The translations under genes were made by a program, and so were the position numbers. From Escherichia coli (GTDB taxonomy: Bacteria > Pseudomonadota > Gammaproteobacteria > Enterobacterales > Enterobacteriaceae), in NCBI RefSeq assembly GCF_024700885.2, contig NZ_CP117016.1: a DNA stretch of 64,000 nt; one strand, written 5' to 3'. The notes under the pieces are model-generated. The model was not told the DNA's origin, ran no database searches, and saw only the letters and a program-made list of their open reading frames with translations. Shown piece by piece: positions 21,466-31,887 of this stretch (the first letter of the stretch is position 1; each line of letters begins with the position of its first letter).

Positions 21466-21669
21466 ATGAGTTTTTTTGATAAGTTGAAAACCTCTCTGGA
21501 AGAGGCTGTTGAGATTAAACAAGGTTTAAAAGAACCTGCACGGGTGACCCGCTACGAAATTGCGGATGCTAAGGCTATTCGTGAGCAACTTCATACTCCA
21601 ACTGACCGGTTGCGTAGCCAGAATGCAATCAAATCTGACAGTCCGCTTCGAGCGAAAATCGGAAGTTAG
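21466..21669 (+). CDS. Hypothetical small protein (67 aa)
   Basis: ORF with plausible RBS directly downstream of nadR; no recognisable motif; first gene of the nadR-ettA accessory segment. Confidence 0.3.
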   Translation: MSFFDKLKTSLEEAVEIKQGLKEPARVTRYEIADAKAIREQLHTPTDRLRSQNAIKSDSPLRAKIGS

Positions 21670-21672
21670 TAG

Positions 21673-22221
21673 CTAGTTACCCAATAACTGCTCCCACTCT
21701 TTCTTGAGTAGAGCGAAAATAAATGTATCATCATATTTTTCTACACCATTATCATGTGTGAACGAGACAAACTCTTTAAAACATCCCTCCTGTCGCATAT
21801 GGAGACGAGCACATAGTTTCTGAGAGGCAAAATTATAGTCTTCAACATATGCATAAAGACGTCTGGCTTCTTTTTCAAAAAACAAATATTGAAATAACGC
21901 AGTGACAGATTCTGTAGCATAGCCTTTACCTTCATACCTCTTGTTAAAATGCCAGCCAACTGACCAGGTATTTCTGTCAGACTCCCCCTTATTATCAGCA
22001 AAGAGATGACCAATTAATTCATCAGTCTCTTTAAGGCAAACGGCAAACTGGCTGTTATCAAGGATTCTGCTGTCTATTTCTTTTATCGCATCTTCCAGGG
22101 AGTTGAGTTTTTCGTCCTGAAAACAAGGTGTGCGAGGTGAAGACAGATAATCGAAAAGTGCAGATGCATCTTTATTTTTGAATGCGCGAATAATGAGTCG
22201 CTCTGTAGTCATGAAGATCAT
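21673..22221 (-). CDS. GNAT-family N-acetyltransferase (RimJ/RimL-like)
   Basis: 182-aa ORF with GNAT core (WSVGWHFNKRYEGKGYATESV); true start may be the Met at 22212; AT-rich. Confidence 0.65.
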   Translation of the reverse strand: MIFMTTERLIIRAFKNKDASALFDYLSSPRTPCFQDEKLNSLEDAIKEIDSRILDNSQFAVCLKETDELIGHLFADNKGESDRNTWSVGWHFNKRYEGKGYATESVTALFQYLFFEKEARRLYAYVEDYNFASQKLCARLHMRQEGCFKEFVSFTHDNGVEKYDDTFIFALLKKEWEQLLGN

Positions 22222-22362
22222 GGAAACCTTATGTTATCTGGAGAACTTTTTGTGCATTCTACTAAATAATGATGCTTAGTCATATTAAGCTCATTCTGAT
22301 GTGATCAATGTCTACTTTTGGCACTATACGGACGACCAAACCCAATCAGATCCGACCAGCCG

Positions 22363-22584
22363 TTAGCCAGTGCCAGTTCGGCGCGCGCTTTGGTGTATTT
22401 TCCGGAGTAAATCAGCGTGCCGTGGAAAATTATGCGCAGCGCTTCTGCTGATTTGCGTACCTTCGCAGATGATAAGTCCAGCACTGGCGCGCTGCGCGTA
22501 ATAGGCCGCCATTATGTCAGTCGCAACGTCACCCGCGCGGGAACGCGTCGTCGGTGGCATTACAATACGGTTTATTAATGGCAA
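22363..22584 (-). pseudogene. Truncated remnant of an Old-Yellow-Enzyme-type NADH:flavin oxidoreductase (NemA-like) gene
   Basis: 73-aa ORF whose first ~50 residues (NRIVMPPTTRSRAG...MAAYYAQRASAGLIICEGTQIS) match the OYE N-terminus, then diverge; no downstream continuation. Confidence 0.5.
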
Positions 22585-22632
22585 CGCATTCAGCGCATAT
22601 TTAGCAAATTACGTAATGGGTCCCTCGCGCGA

Positions 22633-22845
22633 TTATTTATACAGTTCGGCACTCATGGTGACGGTATTGCCCATGCGAGCGCTGGTAATTTTGTATTCAG
22701 AGGCGTTCATCTCTTTCGCTTTCTGCGCAATAACCGCTTCAGCGGAATCCAGTGTTGTACCGGTTGCTGTCACGCTTTGCGCCGATGCGTTAAACGCCGC
22801 GACAGAGAAAAGAGAAGCCGTAAAAATTGCGATGATCGTTTTCAT
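22633..22845 (-). CDS. DUF1471 (YdgH/BhsA/McbA-family) small secreted protein
   Basis: 70-aa product MKTIIAIFTASLFSVAAFNASA (signal peptide) ...YKITSARMGNTVTMSAELYK. Confidence 0.65.
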   Translation of the reverse strand: MKTIIAIFTASLFSVAAFNASAQSVTATGTTLDSAEAVIAQKAKEMNASEYKITSARMGNTVTMSAELYK

Positions 22846-23002
22846 GTTTATATTCCAGAGTGTCTTAATTGTTTGGCGTTTATTAACGCGATGGGGAGAG
22901 AATACGCCTGCTGCCTGATAACATAAATGATACAAATGACAATAGACTATTCTGATTTTGTTAATAATCAGACGCCGGACGTTCCGACGCCTGTCGATTG
23001 CA

Positions 23003-23419
23003 TCAGGCAACAAAGTTGTCCTTCAGCGCCTTGAGACCATCCCGATAGATGCCGGTAAACAGCGCTTCGGCCTCTTCGTTCGTCACATTCACCGGGGTGA
23101 ATTCACCGAACCATTCCACACGGGAAACCTGGCTGTCGGCGGTTTCATGAACGGTAATGGTGGAGAGGTAATCCACCACCGGGAACGGTGCCTGAATAAT
23201 GGAATAGGTATAACTGCGTTGACGGTTATCAAACGCTTCCAGACGTTCAACCACAGTGCCGCCGTCAGAGGTTGTCAGCGAACGAACGCGACCGCCTTCT
23301 GTCACTACGCTTTTCGGGATGAACGGCAGCCAGTCTGGCAGCGCATCAAAGCCGCCCATCAATTGCCATACGGCGTCGGTAGAAGCCGGAATTTCGATCG
23401 ATACAGTTGTTTTAGCCAT
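23003..23419 (-). CDS. SRPBCC-superfamily (polyketide-cyclase/START-like) protein
   Basis: 138-aa ORF MAKTTVSIEIPASTDAVWQLMGGFDALPDWLP..., family pattern of small ligand-binding SRPBCC proteins. Confidence 0.55.
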   Translation of the reverse strand: MAKTTVSIEIPASTDAVWQLMGGFDALPDWLPFIPKSVVTEGGRVRSLTTSDGGTVVERLEAFDNRQRSYTYSIIQAPFPVVDYLSTITVHETADSQVSRVEWFGEFTPVNVTNEEAEALFTGIYRDGLKALKDNFVA

Positions 23420-23444
23420 GATAATTTTCTCTTAATTTATAGGG

Positions 23445-24242
23445 TTACATAGTCAGGGTGTCGACGACACCGCCATCGACGCGCAGGGCTGCCCCTGTGG
23501 TTGCCGAGGAAAGCGGTGACGCGAGATAAACCGCCAGATTCGCTACTTCTTCCACATCCGCCGCACGCTGGATGATGGAGCTCGGACGCGAGGTTTTAAC
23601 AAACTCATCGGCCTGTTCACGCGCACTGCGTCCCGATTGTGCAGCGGCATCCGCCAGCATCTCTTTCAGGCCATCGGTAAAGGTTGGCCCTGGCAGAATG
23701 GCGTTGACGGTCACACCGGTCCCCGCCAGTCGTTTCGCCAGACCATGAGAAACCGCCAGATTCGCGGCTTTGGTGACGCCGTAGTTGATCATGTCGCCAG
23801 GGATTGCCACGCCGGATTCGGACGAGACAAAAATAATCCGCCCCCAGCCCTGTTCCGTCATGCCTGGCGCATAGTGACGCGCCAGACGAACGCCGGAGAG
23901 GACGTTGACGTTATAGAAGTGCATCCACTCATCATCCGGAACGCTAAAGAAATCTTTATCGTTAAAAATGCCCAGATTATTGACCAGCACATCAGCCGTT
24001 GGGACTGCAGCGATCAGCGCAGCCACGCCGTCTTCGGTGCTGAGATCCGCCACCACGCCGCGCAGTGACGCTGTGGGGGTTTGTGCCGCAATCGCAGCCA
24101 TGGCGTCATCAACGCCGCTCTGTTTACGGCCGACGACAACCACCGTTGCGCCTGCTTTTGCCAGTCCGGCGGCGATACCCTGCCCAATGCCGGAGGTTGA
24201 GCCGCTGACCACCGCGACTTTACCTGTCAGATCCAGTTTCAT
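23445..24242 (-). CDS. Short-chain dehydrogenase/reductase (SDR)
   Basis: Start MKLDLTGKVAVVSGSTSGIGQGIA (TGxxxGxG Rossmann motif); ORF-track start is further upstream. Confidence 0.8.
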   Translation of the reverse strand: MKLDLTGKVAVVSGSTSGIGQGIAAGLAKAGATVVVVGRKQSGVDDAMAAIAAQTPTASLRGVVADLSTEDGVAALIAAVPTADVLVNNLGIFNDKDFFSVPDDEWMHFYNVNVLSGVRLARHYAPGMTEQGWGRIIFVSSESGVAIPGDMINYGVTKAANLAVSHGLAKRLAGTGVTVNAILPGPTFTDGLKEMLADAAAQSGRSAREQADEFVKTSRPSSIIQRAADVEEVANLAVYLASPLSSATTGAALRVDGGVVDTLTM

Positions 24243-24261
24243 CGTTTTCTCACCAGGTTGA

Positions 24262-25272
24262 TTAACGGGTCGGCAGCGGAGCGTTTTCCGCAACCAGATT
24301 TTGACGGCGCATTTCTGCCCAGAATTCAGCCGGAACAGGCGCATTCAGTGCAGCCAGATCTTCTGCCATACGGCCAGGACGGCTGGAGCCAGGAATAACC
24401 GCTGCAACGGCCGGGTTTGCCAGCGCGAACTGCAGCGCAGCCGCTTTAACGTTCACATTGAAACGTGTGGCAATGGCGTTAATTTGCGCCACTTTCTGCT
24501 GGATGGCCGCAGAAGCTTTCTGATATTCAAAGTGCTCGCCGCCTGCCAGTACGCCAGAGCTGTACGGACCGCCCACAACAATATCCACGTTCTGTTCCAG
24601 TGCTTCTGGCATCAGGCGTTGCAGCGCACGTTCGTGATCCAGCAGGGAATAACGCCCCGCCAGCAGGAACGCATCTGGCTTCGGTTCGTCCAGCGCCAGC
24701 GTCAGTTCACAAGGTTCGACGCGGTTCACACCCAGTCCCCAGGCTTTAATCACACCTTCGTCACGCAAACGTGTCAGTGCACGAAACGCACCGGTACGGG
24801 CTATGTTGAACTGTTCCAGCCAGCTGTCACCGTAGAAGTCCTGTGCCGGGTCGTGGATCCAGACAATATCCAGACGGTCTGTTTTCAGGCGTTTCAGGCT
24901 GTCTTCAATCGAGCGCAGCGTGGCGTCAGCAGAGTAGTCATTCAGAATTTTGTTTTTCAGGCCGTATTCGAACAGGCCACCTTTTTCACCGAAATCACGT
25001 TTTGCCGGATCTTCCATTTCGTCCAGCATGATGCGACCGACTTTGCTGCTCAGAACGTATTCATCACGTGGATACTGAGACAGCGCTTCGCCTATGCGGA
25101 TTTCAGAAAGGCCAGAGCCGTACAGCGGCGCGGTATCAAAGTAACGCACGCCCAGGTTCCAGGCTTCGCTCACGGTGGCGTGGGCCTCGTCTTCCAGAAT
25201 GGCACGGAACATGTTGCCGAGTGGTGCGCCGCCTAAGCCAATTTTGCCGGGAAGTAAATTTTTGATGCTCAT
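24262..25272 (-). CDS. Aldo-keto reductase
   Basis: 336-aa ORF with AKR signatures (IGLGGAPLG, RYFDTAPLYG, IVWIHDP). Confidence 0.8.
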   Translation of the reverse strand: MSIKNLLPGKIGLGGAPLGNMFRAILEDEAHATVSEAWNLGVRYFDTAPLYGSGLSEIRIGEALSQYPRDEYVLSSKVGRIMLDEMEDPAKRDFGEKGGLFEYGLKNKILNDYSADATLRSIEDSLKRLKTDRLDIVWIHDPAQDFYGDSWLEQFNIARTGAFRALTRLRDEGVIKAWGLGVNRVEPCELTLALDEPKPDAFLLAGRYSLLDHERALQRLMPEALEQNVDIVVGGPYSSGVLAGGEHFEYQKASAAIQQKVAQINAIATRFNVNVKAAALQFALANPAVAAVIPGSSRPGRMAEDLAALNAPVPAEFWAEMRRQNLVAENAPLPTR

Positions 25273-25405
25273 AAGATGTCCTCAATTATTCGGTTTGGGT
25301 TAGGGCATTTTTTTGCTATCGCCCTGTGACGTGGATCACAATACCTTGCGAGGTTGTGACTTGATAGGACATAATTCGTCTGACTTAAGTCCTTTGAGGT
25401 CTAAC

Positions 25406-26293
25406 ATGATTGATTTACGCCAACTGAAGTACTTCGTGGTGGTCGCAGAAGAAGAGCACGTGGGACGCGCAGCCGAGCGATTACATATCTCGCAATCACC
25501 GCTGAGCCGCCAGATTGCACAACTGGAAGAACGGCTGGGGCTGACGCTGTTTGAGCGTAATCAGCAGCGCATTCGCCTGACCGCTGATGGACAGACATTC
25601 CTTGCCGAAACACGTTCGTTGCTGACACACGCCAACCGCCTGGAGTCGTTAGGCAAACGCCTGGGACGGGGGGAAGATGGTGGCTTGTGTATTGGCTATA
25701 TCGAAAACGCCATGCATTCCGGTGTGCTTTCTACGGCGCTACGTACGTTACGTGTATCGCGTCCGAATGTGCATATTGCACTTTACAGCCAACCACCGGC
25801 GACCCAGATTGAAGGCCTGCGCCAGCGCAGTCTCGATTTTTCTCTGGTCGATACGCCGCCCACCGACAGCGAGCAGGATCTGGAATATATTCAGGTTCTG
25901 GATGATCGAATGTTGTTGGCCTTACCGCAAAATCATCCTCTGGCGCAGGAGGAAAACCTTGTCGCGTCACAACTTGGCGATGAGCAGTGGATTGCGGTGA
26001 TTCATAACGACGATGCGCATTCTCGCGATCATTTTGTCGCCGCCTGTGTTAACGCCGGGTTTAATCCTGATATTCGCCTGGAAGCGGGTGAACCCCTCAC
26101 GGCATTAGGTCTGGTCGCTGCGGGATTAGGTCTGGCCTTAATTCAACATAGTCTGCGTCATAATGCGCCGGAAGGGGTGGTATTACGTGAATTGCCGTGG
26201 ATGAATTATTCAACGCAATTATGGGCAGCCTGGCATAAAGCCAACCAACGTCCGCTGGTTTCCCATTTCCGCCAGATTTTGCGCGGTGAATAA
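25406..26293 (+). CDS. LysR-family transcriptional regulator
   Basis: Start MIDLRQLKYFVVVAEEEHVGRAAERLHISQSPLSRQIAQLEERLG (LysR HTH); divergent from the aldo-keto reductase gene. Confidence 0.85.
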   Translation: MIDLRQLKYFVVVAEEEHVGRAAERLHISQSPLSRQIAQLEERLGLTLFERNQQRIRLTADGQTFLAETRSLLTHANRLESLGKRLGRGEDGGLCIGYIENAMHSGVLSTALRTLRVSRPNVHIALYSQPPATQIEGLRQRSLDFSLVDTPPTDSEQDLEYIQVLDDRMLLALPQNHPLAQEENLVASQLGDEQWIAVIHNDDAHSRDHFVAACVNAGFNPDIRLEAGEPLTALGLVAAGLGLALIQHSLRHNAPEGVVLRELPWMNYSTQLWAAWHKANQRPLVSHFRQILRGE

Positions 26294-26399
26294 AACGTTA
26301 AGCGGGAACCATGAGTTCCCGCTTGATTTGAGATGTCAGTCCGCATCTGAGCTAATACGCTTAAAGAAAATTCTGCCTTTTCCGGGGACTCATCATTTA

Positions 26400-26445
26400 A
26401 CTAATACCGGCTGCGATGCTGGCGCGCCGCATCCGGCATTTTACG
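26400..26445. repeat. REP-like element
   Basis: gcgcgccgcatccggcat motif downstream of the ettA 3-prime end. Confidence 0.35.
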
Positions 26446-26447
26446 CA

Positions 26448-28115
26448 TTACTTCGCAATGCGCTTGTACTTGATACGCTTCGGCTCCAGCGCGTCTGCGC
26501 CCAGCGTGCGTTTCTTGTACTCTTCGTACTCGGTAAAGTTACCTTCGAAGAACTCAACTTTACCTTCATCCTGGTAGTCCAGGATGTGCGTGGCGATACG
26601 GTCGAGGAACCAACGGTCGTGCGAGATAACCATCGCGCAGCCCGGGAACTCCAGCAGGGCGTTTTCCAGCGCACGCAGGGTTTCGATATCCAGGTCGTTG
26701 GTTGGTTCGTCGAGCAGCAGCATGTTGCCGCCAACTTGCAGCAGCTTCGCCAGATGCAGACGACCGCGCTCACCGCCGGAGAGTTCACCAACGCGTTTAC
26801 CCTGATCAACCCCTTTAAAGTTAAAGCGGCCAACGTAGGCGCGGCTTGGCATCTCGGTGTTGCCGATTTTCATGATATCCAGCCCGCCGGAAACTTCTTC
26901 CCAAACGGTTTTGCTGTTATCCATTGAGTCACGGAACTGATCAACCGATGCCAGTTTCACCGTTTCACCCAAAGTGATGGTGCCGCTGTCCGGCTGTTCC
27001 TGACCAGAGATCATACGGAACAGCGTCGATTTACCCGCACCGTTCGGACCGATGATCCCGACGATCGCCCCTTTCGGGATCGAGAAACTCAGATCATCAA
27101 TCAGCAGACGATCGCCATAGGATTTACGCAGATTGCTGACTTCCAGCACTTTGTCGCCCAGACGCGGTCCAGGTGGAATAAACAGTTCGTTGGTTTCGTT
27201 ACGTTTCTGATATTCGGTGCTGTTCAGCTCTTCAAAGCGTGCCAGACGTGCTTTACCTTTCGACTGACGGCCTTTAGTTCCCTGACGTACCCACTCCAGC
27301 TCTTTCTCAATCGACTTACGACGCGCCGCTTCTTGTGAAGCTTCCTGCGCCAGGCGCTGATCTTTCTGCTCCAGCCAGGAGGAGTAGTTGCCTTCCCACG
27401 GAATACCTTCACCGCGGTCCAGTTCGAGGATCCAGCCTGCAACGTTATCGAGGAAGTAACGGTCGTGAGTAATCGCTACAACGGTGCCTTCGAAGTCGTG
27501 CAGGAAGCGTTCCAGCCACGCCACGGATTCGGCATCCAGGTGGTTCGTCGGTTCGTCGAGCAGCAGCATGTCTGGTTTTTCCAGCAGCAGGCGGCACAAC
27601 GCCACGCGACGACGCTCACCACCGGAGAGGTTAGCGATTTTCGCGTCCCAGTCCGGCAGACGCAGCGCATCCGCCGCACGCTCCAGCTGAACGTTCAGGT
27701 TGTGACCGTCGTGAGCCTGAATGATCTCTTCCAGACGGCCCTGTTCAGCGGCCAGTTTGTCAAAATCGGCATCCGGATCGGCGTACAGCGCATACACTTC
27801 ATCCAGACGTTTCAGAGCGTTAACCACTTCAGAAACCGCTTCTTCAATGGACTCACGTACGGTGTGTTCCGGGTTGAGCTGAGGTTCCTGCGGCAGATAA
27901 CCAATCTTGATATCCGGTTGCGGACGCGCTTCGCCTTCGATGTCTTTATCAATGCCCGCCATAATGCGCAGCAGGGTGGACTTACCCGCGCCGTTCAGAC
28001 CCAGGACACCAATTTTTGCCCCAGGGAAGAAACTCAGAGAGATGTTTTTCAAAATATGACGTTTCGGCGGAACAACTTTGCCGACACGATGCATGGTATA
28101 AACGAATTGAGCCAC
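26448..28115 (-). CDS. ettA: Energy-dependent translational throttle protein EttA (ABC-F)
   Basis: 555-aa product MAQFVYTMHRVGKVVPPKRHILKNISLSFFPGAKIGVLGLNGAGKST; two ABC cassettes. Confidence 0.9.
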   Translation of the reverse strand: MAQFVYTMHRVGKVVPPKRHILKNISLSFFPGAKIGVLGLNGAGKSTLLRIMAGIDKDIEGEARPQPDIKIGYLPQEPQLNPEHTVRESIEEAVSEVVNALKRLDEVYALYADPDADFDKLAAEQGRLEEIIQAHDGHNLNVQLERAADALRLPDWDAKIANLSGGERRRVALCRLLLEKPDMLLLDEPTNHLDAESVAWLERFLHDFEGTVVAITHDRYFLDNVAGWILELDRGEGIPWEGNYSSWLEQKDQRLAQEASQEAARRKSIEKELEWVRQGTKGRQSKGKARLARFEELNSTEYQKRNETNELFIPPGPRLGDKVLEVSNLRKSYGDRLLIDDLSFSIPKGAIVGIIGPNGAGKSTLFRMISGQEQPDSGTITLGETVKLASVDQFRDSMDNSKTVWEEVSGGLDIMKIGNTEMPSRAYVGRFNFKGVDQGKRVGELSGGERGRLHLAKLLQVGGNMLLLDEPTNDLDIETLRALENALLEFPGCAMVISHDRWFLDRIATHILDYQDEGKVEFFEGNFTEYEEYKKRTLGADALEPKRIKYKRIAK

Positions 28116-28325
28116 GTTGGACTTCGCCTCTATGTTTATCGTGATGATGAGTTTTCAAAGGCGAAGTGTAGCCTGTTTCCTTATCTAATCCCAGCCGGTC
28201 GATCACCCTCGCAGTAAAAGTAAAAAAGTGTCCGTAACGTGGCGTAAACGGCAATGACTGGTTAGCATAAATCTATTACGTGGCATGACGCTGCATTGAT
28301 GTATTTACACTTAGAGGATGCGCTT

Positions 28326-30263
28326 GTGGAAAAAGCCAAACACGTTACCTGGCGGCTGTTGGCTGCCGGTGTCTGTCTGCTGACGGTCAGCAGTGTGGCG
28401 CGAGCCGACTCACTGGATGAGCAGCGTAGTCGTTACGCGCAAATCAAGCAGGCCTGGGATAATCGACAAATGGACGTGGTTGAACAAATGATGCCTGGAC
28501 TGAAGGATTATCCGCTTTATCCCTACCTGGAATACCGTCAGATCACCGATGACCTGATGAATCAACCGGCGGTGACGGTCACTAACTTTGTTCGCGCTAA
28601 CCCCACGCTTCCTCCCGCTCGCACGCTGCAATCTCGTTTCGTCAATGAACTGGCGCGGCGTGAAGACTGGCGTGGCTTGTTAGCCTTTAGCCCGGAAAAG
28701 CCCGGAACTACCGAAGCGCAATGTAATTACTACTATGCGAAATGGAACACCGGGCAGAGTGAAGAAGCCTGGCAAGGGGCGAAAGAGCTGTGGCTAACCG
28801 GCAAGAGCCAGCCTAACGCCTGTGACAAGTTATTCAGCGTCTGGCGTGCGTCAGGTAAACAAGATCCGCTGGCGTATTTAGAGCGTATCCGTCTGGCGAT
28901 GAAAGCGGGTAACACTGGACTCGTAACAGTGCTGGCAGGGCAGATGCCTGCCGATTACCAGACTATCGCTTCGGCAATCATTTCACTAGCGAACAATCCT
29001 AATACGGTACTGACCTTCGCGCGTACAACCGGAGCGACCGATTTTACCCGTCAAATGGCGGCGGTGGCGTTTGCCAGTGTAGCGCGGCAGGATGCTGAAA
29101 ATGCACGGCTGATGATCCCGTCGCTTGCCCAGGCGCAGCAGCTTAATGAAGATCAGATTCAGGAGCTGCGCGATATCGTCGCCTGGCGTTTGATGGGCAA
29201 CGATGTCACCGACGAACAGGCGAAATGGCGTGATGACGCCATTATGCGTTCGCAATCTACTTCGCTTATTGAACGCCGTGTGCGAATGGCGCTTGGCACC
29301 GGCGATCGTCGCGGCCTGAATACCTGGCTGGCGCGTCTGCCGATGGAGGCGAAAGAGAAAGATGAATGGCGTTACTGGCAGGCGGATTTACTGCTGGAAC
29401 GCGGACGTGAAGCTGAAGCAAAAGAGATTTTGCATCAACTCATGCAACAGCGTGGTTTCTACCCGATGGTTGCAGCACAACGCATCGGAGAAGAGTATGA
29501 GCTGAAGATTGATAAAGCGCCGCAGAATGTTGACAGCGCCCTGACTCAGGGGCCGGAGATGGCGCGCGTGCGCGAGTTGATGTACTGGAATCTCGATAAC
29601 ACCGCGCGTAGCGAGTGGGCCAATCTGGTGAAGAGCAAGTCAAAAACAGAGCAAGCTCAACTGGCGCGGTATGCTTTCAACAACCAATGGTGGGATCTTA
29701 GCGTTCAGGCAACGATCGCCGGGAAGCTTTGGGATCATCTGGAAGAGCGATTCCCGCTGGCTTACAACGATCTTTTCAAACGTTACACCAGTGGGAAGGA
29801 GATCCCACAAAGCTATGCGATGGCGATTGCCCGTCAGGAGAGTGCCTGGAATCCGAAAGTGAAATCGCCGGTAGGGGCCAGCGGCCTGATGCAGATTATG
29901 CCGGGCACGGCGACCCATACGGTGAAGATGTTCTCTATTCCTGGTTATAGCAGCCCAGGACAATTGCTGGATCCGGAAACGAACATCAACATTGGCACCA
30001 GTTACCTGCAATATGTTTATCAGCAGTTTGGTAATAACCGTATTTTCTCCTCAGCAGCTTATAACGCCGGACCAGGGCGGGTGCGAACCTGGCTTGGCAA
30101 CAGCGCCGGGCGTATCGACGCAGTGGCATTTGTCGAGAGTATTCCGTTCTCCGAGACGCGCGGTTATGTGAAGAACGTGCTGGCTTATGACGCTTACTAC
30201 CGCTATTTCATGGGGGATAAACCGACATTGATGAGCGCCACGGAATGGGGACGTCGTTACTGA
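28326..30263 (+). CDS. slt: Soluble lytic murein transglycosylase
   Basis: 645-aa product from GTG start, VEKAKHVTWRLLAAGVCLLTVSSVARA... Confidence 0.9.
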   Translation: MEKAKHVTWRLLAAGVCLLTVSSVARADSLDEQRSRYAQIKQAWDNRQMDVVEQMMPGLKDYPLYPYLEYRQITDDLMNQPAVTVTNFVRANPTLPPARTLQSRFVNELARREDWRGLLAFSPEKPGTTEAQCNYYYAKWNTGQSEEAWQGAKELWLTGKSQPNACDKLFSVWRASGKQDPLAYLERIRLAMKAGNTGLVTVLAGQMPADYQTIASAIISLANNPNTVLTFARTTGATDFTRQMAAVAFASVARQDAENARLMIPSLAQAQQLNEDQIQELRDIVAWRLMGNDVTDEQAKWRDDAIMRSQSTSLIERRVRMALGTGDRRGLNTWLARLPMEAKEKDEWRYWQADLLLERGREAEAKEILHQLMQQRGFYPMVAAQRIGEEYELKIDKAPQNVDSALTQGPEMARVRELMYWNLDNTARSEWANLVKSKSKTEQAQLARYAFNNQWWDLSVQATIAGKLWDHLEERFPLAYNDLFKRYTSGKEIPQSYAMAIARQESAWNPKVKSPVGASGLMQIMPGTATHTVKMFSIPGYSSPGQLLDPETNINIGTSYLQYVYQQFGNNRIFSSAAYNAGPGRVRTWLGNSAGRIDAVAFVESIPFSETRGYVKNVLAYDAYYRYFMGDKPTLMSATEWGRRY

Positions 30264-30286
30264 TCCGCACGTTTATGATATGCTAT

Positions 30287-30309
30287 CGTACTCTTTAGCG
30301 AGTACAACC
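30287..30309 (+). promoter_or_regulatory. TrpR operator in the trpR promoter
   Basis: CGTACTCTTTAGCGAGTACAACC, the trp-operator-type palindrome, ~45 bp upstream of the trpR start. Confidence 0.6.
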
Positions 30310-30337
30310 GGGGGAGGCATTTTGCTTCCCCCGCTAA

Positions 30338-31200
<863 letters not shown>

Positions 31201-31239
31201 TCAGAAAATTAACGTTACAGCAGTATACGGAAAAAAAGC

Positions 31240-31887
31240 ATGTTACAGGTATACCTAGTCCGCCACGGTGAAACGCAGTGGAACGCCGAGCGACGTATTC
31301 AGGGCCAGTCTGACAGCCCGCTGACCGCCAAAGGTGAGCAACAGGCGATGCAGGTGGCAACCCGTGCCAAAGAGCTTGGCATTACGCATATCATCAGTAG
31401 CGATTTAGGGCGCACCCGGCGTACGGCGGAAATCATCGCCCAGGCCTGCGGCTGTGACATCATCTTTGATTCTCGCCTGCGTGAATTAAACATGGGTGTG
31501 CTGGAAAAAAGACATATCGATTCTCTGACCGAAGAAGAAGAGAACTGGCGTCGGCAGCTGGTCAATGGCACCGTTGACGGGCGTATTCCTGAAGGCGAGT
31601 CAATGCAGGAGCTCAGCGATCGCGTCAATGCGGCACTGGAATCTTGCCGGGACTTACCGCAGGGAAGCCGACCGCTGCTGGTGAGCCATGGTATTGCACT
31701 GGGATGCCTGGTGAGTACGATTCTCGGATTACCAGCATGGGCAGAGCGTCGCTTACGTTTGCGTAACTGTTCTATTTCGCGCGTGGATTATCAGGAAAGC
31801 CTGTGGCTGGCGTCTGGCTGGGTCGTTGAAACCGCAGGGGACATCTCGCATCTGGACGCCCCTGCATTAGATGAGCTGCAGCGTTAA
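31240..31887 (+). CDS. gpmB: Phosphoglycerate mutase family protein GpmB
   Basis: 215-aa product MLQVYLVRHGETQWNAERRIQGQSDSPLT (RHG histidine phosphatase motif). Confidence 0.9.
   Translation: MLQVYLVRHGETQWNAERRIQGQSDSPLTAKGEQQAMQVATRAKELGITHIISSDLGRTRRTAEIIAQACGCDIIFDSRLRELNMGVLEKRHIDSLTEEEENWRRQLVNGTVDGRIPEGESMQELSDRVNAALESCRDLPQGSRPLLVSHGIALGCLVSTILGLPAWAERRLRLRNCSISRVDYQESLWLASGWVVETAGDISHLDAPALDELQR

Noticed and set aside
21673-22221. GNAT gene as a type II toxin (TacT/AtaT-like)
   Set aside because: No co-directional upstream small antitoxin gene; the only neighbouring small ORF is convergent, and the N-terminal region resembles RimJ/RimL-type acetyltransferases.
24301-28217. Plus-strand ORFs overlapping the aldo-keto reductase and ettA genes (24301-25236, 26286-26927, 27465-28217)
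   Set aside because: Antisense to genes with clear family signatures; judged shadow ORFs.
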